Source: an uncultured Gemmatimonadaceae bacterium
Lineage (GTDB): Bacteria > Gemmatimonadota > Gemmatimonadetes > Gemmatimonadales > Gemmatimonadaceae
Length of the DNA: 64,000 bases
Assembly: GCA_963761305.1 (NCBI GenBank)
Contig: CAVXGK010000001.1
Location: forward strand, 768,001 to 832,000
Direction of reading: 5' to 3'
In this document: one piece after another, positions 1 to 10,242 of the stretch
How the letters are laid out: each line of letters starts with the position of its first letter
Numbering within the stretch: the stretch's first letter is position 1
Program-made: the position numbers and the translations under genes
The notes under the pieces: generated by a model
The model's input: only the letters and a program-made list of their open reading frames with translations
What the model was told of the DNA's origin: nothing
Database searches by the model: none

Positions 1-2925
1 GAGAGTTTCGCGCCACCGGCGCGCGCGGCGTCGGCATCGCAGATCGCGGCCATCAGGGCGCCGGCGGGACCGCTCCTCGTTCTCGCCGGGCCCGGTGCGG
101 GCAAGACGTACTGCCTCATCGAGCGCGTTCGCCATCTCGTCGAGGAGCTGCATGTCGATCCGGCGCGCATTTGCGCGTTCACGTTCACGAACAAGGCCGC
201 CGGTGAGATCGCGCAGCGTCTCGCGTCCACGCTCGGCGCGGCGGCGGGGCACATCAAGCGCGGAACCATCCACGCGTTCTGCGCCGAATTGCTGCGCGAG
301 CTCGGCGCGAGTGTGCTGCTCGAACCGGGATTCGGCATCGCCGACGAGGAGTATCAGCTGAGCGTGCTCCGGCGCATCGAAGGCTACCGGCGCTGGCATC
401 CCAAAACGCTCAACCGATTCTCGGCGCACCGATTCCGCGGCGACCCGCTGCTGCACGACGACGCGGTGTTGTTCTCCCGGTACGAGCGCTTTCTCGCGAC
501 GCGCAAGGTCGTCGACTTCGACACGCTGGTCATCAAGGCCGCCGAGCTGTTGGAGCGGGACGCCGAGGGCGCCGCGGTCCGCGCGCGATGGGACGTCATT
601 CTCGTCGACGAATTCCAGGACTTGAATCCGGTGCAGTACCGGATCGTGAAGGCGCTGGCCAAGGACCACCGGCACGTGTTCGCCGTCGGCGACGACGAGC
701 AGTCGATCTACTCATGGGCCGGCGCCGACCCCGAGGTGTTCAAGCGATTCCTCAATGACTTCAAGCTGTCGTCGGCGATCTGCCTCGAGGAGAATCACCG
801 CTGTCCGCGCGACGTCTTCGAGCTGGCTCGCCGCCTCGTCACGCTCAACACGACGACCGTCGTCAAGACCGTCGAGCCGAAGGCTGATCGCCTGTCGCCC
901 TTCCCGGTCGACGTCCGAACGTTCGACGACGACGACAAGGAATCCGCGTGGCTGGTGTCCGACCTGGCGCGCGATCGGGACGCGTTCGGACACGACTGGG
1001 GCGACGTCGCTCTGCTCTACCGCACGCACGAAATCGGGCAGGTGCTCGAGGCGGCGCTCCTCAACGCGGGAATTCCGTGCCGCCTCGCGCTCGGCAAAGC
1101 GCTGGCCGACGATCCCGTCGTCGCCTACGTGATCGCGGCGCTTCGCGTGATGAGTGCGCCAAAGAACGACGTCTTCGCCGACGCATTCTTCGCGACCGTG
1201 TTGCCACGGCCCTTGCTCGACGAAGCGCGGGCGCGCGCGGCGCGAAGCCGCCACGACGTGCGACAGGAGCTCAGGCGCATGCAGTCGCGCCGCCCTCGCC
1301 ACGACGAGACGGCGCGGCAGATCCGCCGAGCGCTGGTCGATTGGCGGAACCTCGAAGCGCTGGTCAAGCGACACTCGAGCCTCGCACCGCTTGTCCAGGA
1401 TCTGCTCTCGCGTCGCGTCGGCAAGATTCGCTCGGTGCTCGAGGATCGGCACGACGAGATTCGCGACCCGGCGACGATTCCCGAAGTCGTCGCGCTGAAA
1501 GAGCGCCTCGACGTTGCGCGCCGGACGCGTGCGACGGTGTGTCTTCCGCGCGCCGGCGGCGCGGAGATCGGGCTCAAGGCGATCCTCGCCGCCGTTGCCA
1601 TCACGAACGTCTCGCTGACCGACGACCGGCCGCCAGGCGCTCAGGTCATCGACGCGAACGAGTGCCCCGAAACGGGACTCGCGCTGGGCGTGTTCAAGGC
1701 GGCGCAACTGCTCGAGATGGACGAGTTGGACGAAGCGTTCGGCGATTTCACGGCGATCGATCTCGAGACGACCGACGACGACACGACCAAGGCCGAAATC
1801 GTGCAGATCGCCGCCGTCCGCGTACGCGCGGGAAGCACGGCCGAGACGTTCAGTGCGGTCGTTCGGCCGCGCGTTCCCATCGCGCCGGGCGCCACGGCGA
1901 CGCACGGCCTGAGCGACGCCGACGTGTCGAGCGCGTCGTACTTCGAGGAGGTCTGGCCGCGGTTCCGTGAGTTCTGCGGCGACGACGTGATCGTCGCGCA
2001 CAACGGCTACGACTTCGATTTTCGCATTCTCCAGCGGATGGTGAAGGCGATCGGCCCCGACGAACGGTTCAACGTGTGCACGTACGACACGCTGCCGCTC
2101 GCTCGCGATCTCTTCCCGACGAGCCGCAAACTCGTCGATCTCGCCCGGCAATTCGGCATTCCGCCGGGGAGATCGCATCAAGCGCTCGACGACTCGCTCA
2201 CGCTCGCCAAGGTCGTGCTCGAACTGGATCGCGAGAAGCGTTGCCGCGCTCGAAAGACTGCGCTCGTGAGCATGCTCGACCAACTCGGTATCGCGCTCGC
2301 GCTGAGCGATCCGCAAACGCTGTCGCCCGAAGCGGAGATGTTCCTCGGCGTTTGCCGAGCGTTCTCGCTGGGGCGGTACAGCACGTGCCTCGAGAACTAC
2401 GAGCGCGAGCAGGGCGACGATCTCTCGATGCCGACCGTCGACGAGGTGATCGAGCGACTTGGCGGCGCGCGGCTCATGCTGAAGATTCGCGCCGAGAAAT
2501 CGGCCGACGAGCGCTACCCGGCGGCGATGTCGCGCCTGCGACGGCTCATCGCCGAGGTGCCGGACGGTCCCCTCGACCAGCAGATCTCGGCGCTGCTGGA
2601 GCGCGCGGTGCTGTCGAAGATGGACGGCGTCGAACCGGCGCGGGGACGCGTGAATCTCCTCACGCTCCACTCGACGAAGGGCCTCGAGTTCTCGCGCGTA
2701 TACATCGTCGGCGTCGAGGACTCACAGCTTCCCGGCGGGTCGCCGACGTCCGGGCCGACGACGGCCGAGATCGAGGAGGCGCGTCGGCTGCTGTACGTCG
2801 GGATGACGCGCGTGCGCGACCGTCTCGTGCTCACGTACGATGCGACGCGCTCGGGCAAGCCGACTCGCGGGCATCGATTTCTCGACGAGGCAGGGCTCAC
2901 GCCGGCCGAGGCGGCGGTATCGTGA
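1..2925 (+). CDS. UvrD/PcrA-family SF1 DNA helicase with inserted DnaQ-like (DEDDh) 3'-5' exonuclease domain; 5' end lies outside the window
   Basis: Frame 1 is open from base 1. Walker A LVLAGPGAGKT, DEFQD, VGDDEQSIYSW, LTLHSTKGLEF and EARRLLYVGMTR are present. The internal domain carries AIDLETT, HNGYDFD and HQALDD. Confidence 0.92.
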   Translation, partial: ESFAPPARAASASQIAAIRAPAGPLLVLAGPGAGKTYCLIERVRHLVEELHVDPARICAFTFTNKAAGEIAQRLASTLGAAAGHIKRGTIHAFCAELLRELGASVLLEPGFGIADEEYQLSVLRRIEGYRRWHPKTLNRFSAHRFRGDPLLHDDAVLFSRYERFLATRKVVDFDTLVIKAAELLERDAEGAAVRARWDVILVDEFQDLNPVQYRIVKALAKDHRHVFAVGDDEQSIYSWAGADPEVFKRFLNDFKLSSAICLEENHRCPRDVFELARRLVTLNTTTVVKTVEPKADRLSPFPVDVRTFDDDDKESAWLVSDLARDRDAFGHDWGDVALLYRTHEIGQVLEAALLNAGIPCRLALGKALADDPVVAYVIAALRVMSAPKNDVFADAFFATVLPRPLLDEARARAARSRHDVRQELRRMQSRRPRHDETARQIRRALVDWRNLEALVKRHSSLAPLVQDLLSRRVGKIRSVLEDRHDEIRDPATIPEVVALKERLDVARRTRATVCLPRAGGAEIGLKAILAAVAITNVSLTDDRPPGAQVIDANECPETGLALGVFKAAQLLEMDELDEAFGDFTAIDLETTDDDTTKAEIVQIAAVRVRAGSTAETFSAVVRPRVPIAPGATATHGLSDADVSSASYFEEVWPRFREFCGDDVIVAHNGYDFDFRILQRMVKAIGPDERFNVCTYDTLPLARDLFPTSRKLVDLARQFGIPPGRSHQALDDSLTLAKVVLELDREKRCRARKTALVSMLDQLGIALALSDPQTLSPEAEMFLGVCRAFSLGRYSTCLENYEREQGDDLSMPTVDEVIERLGGARLMLKIRAEKSADERYPAAMSRLRRLIAEVPDGPLDQQISALLERAVLSKMDGVEPARGRVNLLTLHSTKGLEFSRVYIVGVEDSQLPGGSPTSGPTTAEIEEARRLLYVGMTRVRDRLVLTYDATRSGKPTRGHRFLDEAGLTPAEAAVS

Positions 2926-3599
2926 CGGCCACGGAATGGCGCGTGTCGGTCGGCGACGCGACGACGCGCGCCGTATACGAGCCGGCCACGAACGACGACA
3001 AGGGCGCGCTGTTCAGCTGCGCGCACGGCGCCGGCGGCAACATCGCCGACCGCGCGACGCACGCCGCGGCCAGCGAGCTGCGCCGCCGTGGACTCGGCGT
3101 CGTGCGATTCAACTTCTTGTACAAAGAGCGCGGGTCCGGTCGCCCGGATCCGATGCCCAAGTTGATGGAGACGTTCGCAGCGGTGGTCGGCCACGCGCGC
3201 CGAGAGCTGGGGCCGCGCCGGCCCCTGGTGATCGGCGGCCGATCGATGGGCGGCCGAGTGGCGTCGATGCTGGCCGCTGATGGATTCGCCGCCGATGGGT
3301 TGCTGCTGCTCGCGTACCCACTCCATCCGCCGGGAAAGCCCGAGCAATTGCGCGACGCGCACCTGCCGCGCATCGGTATGCCGGTGTTGTGCTTCAACGG
3401 GACACGCGACCAGTTCTGTACGCCGGCGCTGATGGAGCGCGTTCTGAAGAACGTGACGACGCGCTGGGAGATGCACTGGCTCCAAGACGCGGACCACAGC
3501 TTTCACGTGCTCAAATCGAGTGGCCGGACGGACGCCGACGTCTTGACGGAGGTCGGCACCGCGACGGCGGCCTGGCTGCCGAGCTTGTCGCCGCGCTGA
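2922..3599 (+). CDS. Alpha/beta hydrolase (dienelactone hydrolase-like, KANL3/Tex30 type)
   Basis: GTGA overlap with the helicase stop. Motifs AHGAGG, GGRSMGGR, YPLHPPG, GTRD and DADHSF. Confidence 0.85.
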   Translation: MTATEWRVSVGDATTRAVYEPATNDDKGALFSCAHGAGGNIADRATHAAASELRRRGLGVVRFNFLYKERGSGRPDPMPKLMETFAAVVGHARRELGPRRPLVIGGRSMGGRVASMLAADGFAADGLLLLAYPLHPPGKPEQLRDAHLPRIGMPVLCFNGTRDQFCTPALMERVLKNVTTRWEMHWLQDADHSFHVLKSSGRTDADVLTEVGTATAAWLPSLSPR

Positions 3600-3646
3600 G
3601 GCGACCCGCCCGAGACAGATTTCCCTCAGTTCTTCGGAACGACTTC

Positions 3647-3759
3647 AACGCAGATGCCGCAGACTTGAAAAGCGATTGCCGCAGATGAAGCCGAGGGAGG
3701 ACAACGACCACTCGTCGCTGTTCTGCGGCATCGCCGTTCAGATCTGCGTCATAGGCGTT
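3647..3759. repeat. Imperfect intergenic palindrome (arms ~38 bp with repeated CGCAGA) between convergent genes
   Basis: Left arm aacgcagatgccgcagacttgaaaagcgattgccgcaga versus reverse complement of right arm aacgcctatgacgcagatctgaacggcgatgccgcaga. Confidence 0.7.
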
Positions 3760-3826
3760 TCAAATCTCTTTCACGGCGGCGTGGCTGGAACGCGCGGATG
3801 AAGCCGGCGTGCTCCAGGCGCAGGTC

Positions 3827-5647
3827 TCAGAACCCCGGCGGCCGCTGACCCACGACGTTGAACGCCCGCTCGAGCGCGATGCCCGCTTGCACCAGGCGGC
3901 CTTCTTCGAACAGCGGCGCGAGGAGCGTGACGCCGTGCGGCACACGCCGCGGCGGGTTGAACTTGGGAAGCGGGTTTGCCGGATCCGGCGCCCAATCACT
4001 GCGGGCCTCCGACACGTTCACGAAGCCGGCCCGCAGCGTGAGCGACGGCTGTCCGGTGAAGTTCGAGATCGTGAGCATCTCGTCGCGCAGCGACGGAACG
4101 AGCAGGAGATCAACCTTCTCGAACAACTTCGCCATCTCCGCGGCAACCATGCGGCGGAAACGATCCGCCTGCACGAAGTCCACGGCCGACAGGAATCGCG
4201 CTTCGCGAAAGAGATTCGGCCACGCGTCGGGCACCTGCGCCTTGAGCTGATCCGCACGGCCGTCGAGGGTGATGTCCTCGAACGACGCCGCCGCCTCGGC
4301 GAAGAGAATCAGCTGCAGCGAGTCGTACGGCCAATCGGGGAGTGAGACCTCGACCGGCACCATCCCGACCGACTTGATCGTGTCGAGCGCGGCGCGGTCG
4401 ACCTCGGTCGCCGGTGCCTCCTTCATCCACGCCGGGAAGTAGCCGACACGCAGTCCCTTCACGCTCTCGTTCGCGTCGAAGTCGAGATGCGCGGGCACGC
4501 TCTCCAAGTCGCCCGCGTCGGGGCCGGCGATCGCGTGCAGCACGAGCATCGTGTCTTCGACGCTCCGCGTCATCGGGCCGAGCTTGTCGAGCGACCAGCA
4601 CAGCGTCATCGCGCCGGTGCGCGGCACGCGACCGAACGTCGGACGCAGGCCGGTCACGCCGCAGCGCATCGACGGCGCGATGATGCTGCCGCCCGTCTCA
4701 CTGCCGACCGAGAATCCGACGAGCGCCGCCGCCGTCGCCGCGCCCGGCCCCGCGCTCGATCCCGACGCGCCTTCCTGGAGCAGCCACGGATTCATCGTCT
4801 GTCCGCCGAACCAGATGTCGTTCAACGCCAGCGCGCCGAGGCTGAGCTTCGCGATGAGCACGGCGCCTGCACCCTTCAATCGCGCGACGACCGCCGAGTC
4901 GACGGTGGGAACGCGGTTGCGATAGAACTCGGCGCCGTACGTCGTGGGAATGCCGGCGGTGTCCAGGAGATCCTTACCGCCCCACGGAATCCCGTGCAGC
5001 GGGCCGCGATACTTCCCTGCCGCGATATCGGCGTCGGCCTGCTTCGCCTGAGCGAGCGCGTTGTCGCGGTTGAGCGTGATGATGCAGCGGAGCTTGGGAT
5101 CGAAGCGCTGAATGCGGTCGAGATAGATGTTGGTGAGGCGCGTCGACGTGAGCTTCTTGCTCTCGATCCAGCGCGAGAGTTGGGTGACCGACGCGAAAGC
5201 GATATCGTCGTCCGCGGATGGGAGGGGTGCGGTGGCGGCGTGCGGAGACGTACGGATGAATCGGTCGCGCGACGGACCGACCTTCTGGTTGGGAAGCGCT
5301 GGATTCCACTTCGAGCCCGGCGCGACGCTGGCGTCGATCGGCACTTTGCGGGGCCCGGTTCGACGCTCGAGCAGGAACGCCATCGACGTGCGCCAGCTCG
5401 ATGCGGCCATCGCGCGTTGCGGGTCGGTCAGCGTCACCTGGGCCAGCTTCTCGGCCTCGGCGAAGGTCGCCGGGGCGACGGCGGGGCCGACCGCCGGCGC
5501 GGTCCCGAAGGTCGGCGGCGCGCCGGGCGTGCTCGGAACGCCCGATGAGCCCGATGTCGACGGTGATTGGCTCGAACCGCTGCACGCCGCGGCGGCTCCG
5601 AGGAGGCCGAGTGGGGCTTGAGCGATGAAATGACGACGCGAACTCAC
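3827..5647 (-). CDS. Amidase signature family protein (GatA-like), probably Tat-exported
   Basis: GPLHGIPWGGKD, GSSAG and GSETGGSI motifs. GTG start after GAGGAT, followed by SRRHF and a lipobox-like AAAC. Confidence 0.88.
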   Translation of the reverse strand: MSSRRHFIAQAPLGLLGAAAACSGSSQSPSTSGSSGVPSTPGAPPTFGTAPAVGPAVAPATFAEAEKLAQVTLTDPQRAMAASSWRTSMAFLLERRTGPRKVPIDASVAPGSKWNPALPNQKVGPSRDRFIRTSPHAATAPLPSADDDIAFASVTQLSRWIESKKLTSTRLTNIYLDRIQRFDPKLRCIITLNRDNALAQAKQADADIAAGKYRGPLHGIPWGGKDLLDTAGIPTTYGAEFYRNRVPTVDSAVVARLKGAGAVLIAKLSLGALALNDIWFGGQTMNPWLLQEGASGSSAGPGAATAAALVGFSVGSETGGSIIAPSMRCGVTGLRPTFGRVPRTGAMTLCWSLDKLGPMTRSVEDTMLVLHAIAGPDAGDLESVPAHLDFDANESVKGLRVGYFPAWMKEAPATEVDRAALDTIKSVGMVPVEVSLPDWPYDSLQLILFAEAAASFEDITLDGRADQLKAQVPDAWPNLFREARFLSAVDFVQADRFRRMVAAEMAKLFEKVDLLLVPSLRDEMLTISNFTGQPSLTLRAGFVNVSEARSDWAPDPANPLPKFNPPRRVPHGVTLLAPLFEEGRLVQAGIALERAFNVVGQRPPGF

Positions 5648-5875
5648 GGTATCCTCGTGCGCGGAAGGCTCGAATTCGACTTGCAAGGCGTCGGTAAACA
5701 CGCCAGGCCGGATGCCCGCCGCAACAGCGGAGCGGCGGCTTCCCACGTTCATATGTCGGGCGTATTGTAGCTCTCGTGCCCCCGGTTCGCTGCTTCGTCG
5801 CGCGCCCCCCGGAGTCTCGCACTGCATGGCTGCTCCCAGCGGAACCCCATCTCGCTGTACCCAGGAGGATCGCTC

Positions 5876-8800
5876 GTGATTGACCTCGCCCCCGCCACCC
5901 GCAGGTCGTCGATGAGAATCGTCTCGCTCATCGCGTTCACCCTCGCCGCGGTTGCACCCGTTCCGATCGCGGTCGCACAGACGGCGACGAAGAAGGTGTT
6001 GTCCGTCGACGACTACTCGAAGTGGAAGAGCATCGGCAACCAGTCGATCTCGGGCGACGGGAAATGGGTGGCGTACGTGGTGTCCGCGACCAACACCGAG
6101 CCCGCGGACGCGAAGCCGGTGTTGCACCTCGTCCGTCTCGACAACAATCAGGATCTCGAAGTCGCGAACGCGAGCGCCCCCGCGTTCTCGCCCGACTCGA
6201 AATGGCTGGCCTATACGGTCGACGCGAGCGGCGGTGGGCGCGGTGGGCGCGGAGGCCGCGGCGGCGGTGGGGGAGGAGGAGGAGGAGGCGGCGCCGGTGC
6301 GCAGGCGACTCGTGGCGGCGCAGCCGGGCAGCAAGCACCGCCTCGGCACGTGGAGTTGAGGAATCTCGCAACGGGCACGGTGCAGTCGTGGCAGGACATC
6401 CAGTCGTTCACGTTTGCCGCGACGTCGAGTCACATCATTTTGCGGCGACGCGCGCCGGTGGCGGCCGGAGCGGCGGGTGGGCGCGGCGGCAACGCGCCGG
6501 GCGGTCCCGGTGGCGGTGCGCCAAGCGGCGGTGCGCCCGGAGCAGGAGCGGCCGGCAACGGTGCGGCGGCCGAATCAGCGACGGGACCGCGCGGCGCCGA
6601 CGTCATTCTCCACGATCTCGCGACCGGACGCGATCAGTTGCTCGGCAGCGTCGGCGAGATCACGTTCAACAAGAAGGGCGATCTCCTCGCCTACACCGTT
6701 GACGGTGCGGTACGCGACGGGAACGGCCTGTTCATTCTGGATCTTCGGAACGGTCGCATCTCGACGCTCGACAACGACGCGCGGGTCTACAGCCGATTGA
6801 CGTGGAACGACGAAGGCACCGGGCTCGCCGTGCTGAAGGGCGTGGACGTCGACAAGATGCGTGAGCGCGACAACGTGCTGATCGCCTACCCGAGCGTGCA
6901 GTCGGCGCTCGACGACGCGGAGTACGCGCCGCTCAAGCTCGACCCGTCGAAGGCGGATGGCTTCCCGAAGGGATGGGTGCTGAGCGACCGCGCGGCGCTC
7001 GACTGGAGCGACGACAACCATCGCATTTTCTTCGGCGCCAAAGAGCAGGTCGCGACGCCGGACACGACGCGGCGGCGCGGTGAGGAAGTCGCCGACGTCG
7101 ACGTGTGGAACTCCAAGGACGACCGGATCCAATCGGTGCAGATGACCCGTGCCGACGCCGATCGCAACTTCACCTATCGCGAAGCGTTCAATCTCACCGA
7201 CCGCAAGTTCGTGCAGCTCGCCGATACGGCGATGCGCGACGTCGACGTGAGCTTCGACGGCCGCTGGGTCGTCGGTCGAGACGCGCGCGCCTACATCTCC
7301 GACTACAAGCGCCCCGCGGCGGACTTCTATCGCGTCAATCCGTCCACCGGCGAGCGCACGCTGATGTTCAAGAACCAGCTCGCTGGTGCACACGTCTTCG
7401 GCATTTCGCCCGACGGCAACTACTTCCTCTACTGGAAAGACAACAAGCTCCAGGCGTACAACCTCGACGCCGGCACCAGCAAGACGCTCGGCGGCAACAG
7501 CCCGGTGAGCTTCATCGACGTCGAGTACGACCATCCGGGCCCGAAGCCGTCGTTCGGCGTGATGGGCTATACGAGCGACGGCAAGAACGTCGTGGCCATG
7601 CACCGCTTCGACCTCTACGTCGTGCCGCTCGACGGTTCCGCGCCGCACAATCTCACGAATGGCGTCGGCGACAAGCGCGACATCCGTTTCCGCTATGTGC
7701 AAACCGAACCGGATTCCACCGGCGGCGGATTTGGCGGCGGCGGCGGCGGCGGTGGTGGACGCGGCGGCCGCGGTGGTGCGCGACGCGAGATGATCGATCT
7801 CTCGAAGCCGATTCTTCTGTCGGCGTACGGCGAATACACGAAGAAGGCCGGTTTCTATCAGCTCGCCGACGGCCAGCTCAAGGAGCTCGCGTACGACGAC
7901 GCCGCGTATTCGAACCCGCAGAAGGCGTCGAAGGCCGACGTCTATCTGTACACGCGGCAGACGTTCACCGAGTACCCCGACCTGCGCGTCGCGGGGGTGG
8001 ATTTCCAGAACGCGAAGAAGATCTCCGACGCGAATCCGCAGCAGTCCGAGTATCTGTGGGGCCATCGGATCCTGTTCGATTTCAAGGACCACGACGGGCA
8101 CAAGCTGCAGGGCTTCCTCACGATGCCGGACGACTACAAGCCGGGCGAGAAGCGGCCGATGCTCGTCAACTTCTACGAGAAGAATTCACAGAATCTGAAT
8201 CGCTACTCGGCGCCGTCGTACCTCACGGGCATGGGCTCGATGCCGATCGAAGCGACGAGCCGAGGCTACATCACGATGATTCCGGACGTGTACTTCCATA
8301 CGGGATCGTCGCACAGCGACATGCTCGAGTGCGTCGAGGCGGCGGTGAAGAAGGTGATCGCGATGGGGTACGTCGATCCCAAGAAGATCGGGATCAACGG
8401 ACATAGTTACGGCGGCGAAGGCGCGGCGTTCATCGGCACCCGCTCGCGCCTGTTCGCGGCCGTCGGTGTCGGCGCCGGCGTCACCGATCTCTATCAGGAC
8501 TTCAACCAGAACTGGGGCTGGGGGTACACGGTGCCGGGCGGCAGCGGCGCCAACGGCAATGACTACTATCTCTACGGCCAGGGGCGCTGGGGCGTCTCGC
8601 CGTGGGAAAAGCCGGAACTCTACATGTTCGAGTCCGCGCTCACGCACGTGCCGGAAGTGACGGCGCCCTTCCTCATCATGCATGGCACCGCCGATCCGAC
8701 CGTCGCCTTCCAGAACGGCCTCGGCCTCTACAACGCCATGCGCTATAACGGCAAGAACGCGGTGTTGCTCGCCTACATCGGTGAGGGCCACGGACTGCGC

Positions 8801-8968
8801 GGACTGGGGAACCGGCGGGACCTCACGATCCGTTATTTCCAGTTCTTTGATCACTATCTCAAGGGCGCGCCGGCGCCGAAATGGATGACGGACGGCGTGC
8901 CGTATCTCAAGAAGGACGAGATGCGCGATCCGGCGGCGATCGCCGGCCCGGTCACGCCTCAGCCGTGA
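5876..8968 (+). CDS. Secreted S9 family (prolyl oligopeptidase/acylaminoacyl peptidase-like) serine peptidase
   Basis: AGGAGG RBS and signal peptide. Beta-propeller repeats (SPDG/SPDS). Catalytic GHSYGG, HGTAD and GEGHG. Gly/Arg-rich inserts. Confidence 0.9.
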   Translation: MIDLAPATRRSSMRIVSLIAFTLAAVAPVPIAVAQTATKKVLSVDDYSKWKSIGNQSISGDGKWVAYVVSATNTEPADAKPVLHLVRLDNNQDLEVANASAPAFSPDSKWLAYTVDASGGGRGGRGGRGGGGGGGGGGGAGAQATRGGAAGQQAPPRHVELRNLATGTVQSWQDIQSFTFAATSSHIILRRRAPVAAGAAGGRGGNAPGGPGGGAPSGGAPGAGAAGNGAAAESATGPRGADVILHDLATGRDQLLGSVGEITFNKKGDLLAYTVDGAVRDGNGLFILDLRNGRISTLDNDARVYSRLTWNDEGTGLAVLKGVDVDKMRERDNVLIAYPSVQSALDDAEYAPLKLDPSKADGFPKGWVLSDRAALDWSDDNHRIFFGAKEQVATPDTTRRRGEEVADVDVWNSKDDRIQSVQMTRADADRNFTYREAFNLTDRKFVQLADTAMRDVDVSFDGRWVVGRDARAYISDYKRPAADFYRVNPSTGERTLMFKNQLAGAHVFGISPDGNYFLYWKDNKLQAYNLDAGTSKTLGGNSPVSFIDVEYDHPGPKPSFGVMGYTSDGKNVVAMHRFDLYVVPLDGSAPHNLTNGVGDKRDIRFRYVQTEPDSTGGGFGGGGGGGGGRGGRGGARREMIDLSKPILLSAYGEYTKKAGFYQLADGQLKELAYDDAAYSNPQKASKADVYLYTRQTFTEYPDLRVAGVDFQNAKKISDANPQQSEYLWGHRILFDFKDHDGHKLQGFLTMPDDYKPGEKRPMLVNFYEKNSQNLNRYSAPSYLTGMGSMPIEATSRGYITMIPDVYFHTGSSHSDMLECVEAAVKKVIAMGYVDPKKIGINGHSYGGEGAAFIGTRSRLFAAVGVGAGVTDLYQDFNQNWGWGYTVPGGSGANGNDYYLYGQGRWGVSPWEKPELYMFESALTHVPEVTAPFLIMHGTADPTVAFQNGLGLYNAMRYNGKNAVLLAYIGEGHGLRGLGNRRDLTIRYFQFFDHYLKGAPAPKWMTDGVPYLKKDEMRDPAAIAGPVTPQP

Positions 8969-8982
8969 GGAACGCGCATCGA

Positions 8983-10242
8983 ATGACGCACTTGATTACG
9001 GCAGGTGTCCGCGTCGCCATGATGACCGCGCTCGCCGCGGCCAGTATCGCCGCCGCGGGCGCCCTGCACGCGCAGGAGCCGCCGGCGGGCAGCGGCGGAC
9101 GGGGCGGCCGCGGCGGCGGACGGGGCACGGCGATTCCCGCCGGCGAGTCGTGCCCGCCCGGCACGACCGAGATTCGGCCGCGGAGCTGCATGGCTCCCGA
9201 GGGCACGCCGCCGAACATTCTCGACTACCGTCCGCGTTCGACGCTCATCGCGCCGACGCACATGGTGCCGAAGGCGAAGTATTCGGCGATCGATTTTCAC
9301 GGACATCCGGGCAACCTGATCGCCTCGGCGGACGGTCTCGCGTCGCTGCACGCGTCGCTCGACAGCCTGAACGTGCGGATGATGATCAGCGCCGACAACC
9401 TGTCGGGCGATCGATTGAAGAGCGTGCTGGCCGCCGTCGCCGCGTCGCCGGCGATGAAGGATCGAGTGCGCATCCTGGCCGGCATCAACTTCCGGAACGT
9501 CGGCCCCGACTGGGCGGCGGGCGCCATCAAGCAGCTCGACGCGGATCTGGCGGCGGGCGCCGTGGGCGTCGGTGAGATCCCGAAAAGCCTCGGTCTCTCG
9601 ACGCGTAAGCCAGACGGGTCGCGCCTGCGCATCGACGACCCGGAGCTCGACCCGATCTGGGACGAGTGCGCGCGGCTCGGCATACCCGTGTTCATTCACA
9701 CGGCGGACCCGCAGGAATTCTTTCATCCGATCGACTACACGAACGAGCGATGGCTGGAGCTCTCGTTGTTCGCCGACCGCCGGTATCCGCAGGACAAGTT
9801 TCCCAGCTTCGAGGAGTTGATGACGGAACGGGACAACATGTTCCGCAAGCATCCGAAAACGACGTTCGTCGCCGCCCACATGGGATGGCACGCCAGCGAC
9901 CTCGGCTCGCTCTCAAAGATGTTGGACGAGATGCCGAACGTGTACACCGAGGTCGGCGCGGTGCTGTACGACATCGGCCGCCAGCCGCGCACGGCGCACG
10001 ACTTCTTCATCAAGTACCAGGACAGGATTCTGTTCGGGAAGGACTCGTTCCAGCCCGAGGAGTATCCGTACTACTGGCGCGTGTTCGAGACGAACGACGA
10101 CTACTTCGATTATTATCGTCCCTATCACGCGTTCTGGAAGCTGTATGGAATCGGGTTGCCCGACAGCGTCTTGAAGAAGGTTTACTTCGCGAACGCACTC
10201 AAGCTCACCAAGGGGATTCCGCAGAATGGCTGGCCGAAATAG
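8983..10242 (+). CDS. Amidohydrolase family protein (Amidohydro_2), secreted
   Basis: IDFHGH, GVGEI, FIHTADP, AAHMGW and LFGKD motifs; N-terminal signal peptide. Confidence 0.85.
   Translation: MTHLITAGVRVAMMTALAAASIAAAGALHAQEPPAGSGGRGGRGGGRGTAIPAGESCPPGTTEIRPRSCMAPEGTPPNILDYRPRSTLIAPTHMVPKAKYSAIDFHGHPGNLIASADGLASLHASLDSLNVRMMISADNLSGDRLKSVLAAVAASPAMKDRVRILAGINFRNVGPDWAAGAIKQLDADLAAGAVGVGEIPKSLGLSTRKPDGSRLRIDDPELDPIWDECARLGIPVFIHTADPQEFFHPIDYTNERWLELSLFADRRYPQDKFPSFEELMTERDNMFRKHPKTTFVAAHMGWHASDLGSLSKMLDEMPNVYTEVGAVLYDIGRQPRTAHDFFIKYQDRILFGKDSFQPEEYPYYWRVFETNDDYFDYYRPYHAFWKLYGIGLPDSVLKKVYFANALKLTKGIPQNGWPK

Noticed and set aside
2076..2921. Long N-terminal extension of the alpha/beta hydrolase
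   Set aside because: It overlaps the helicase in another frame and is Arg-rich off-frame sequence. A GTGA-coupled start exists at 2922.
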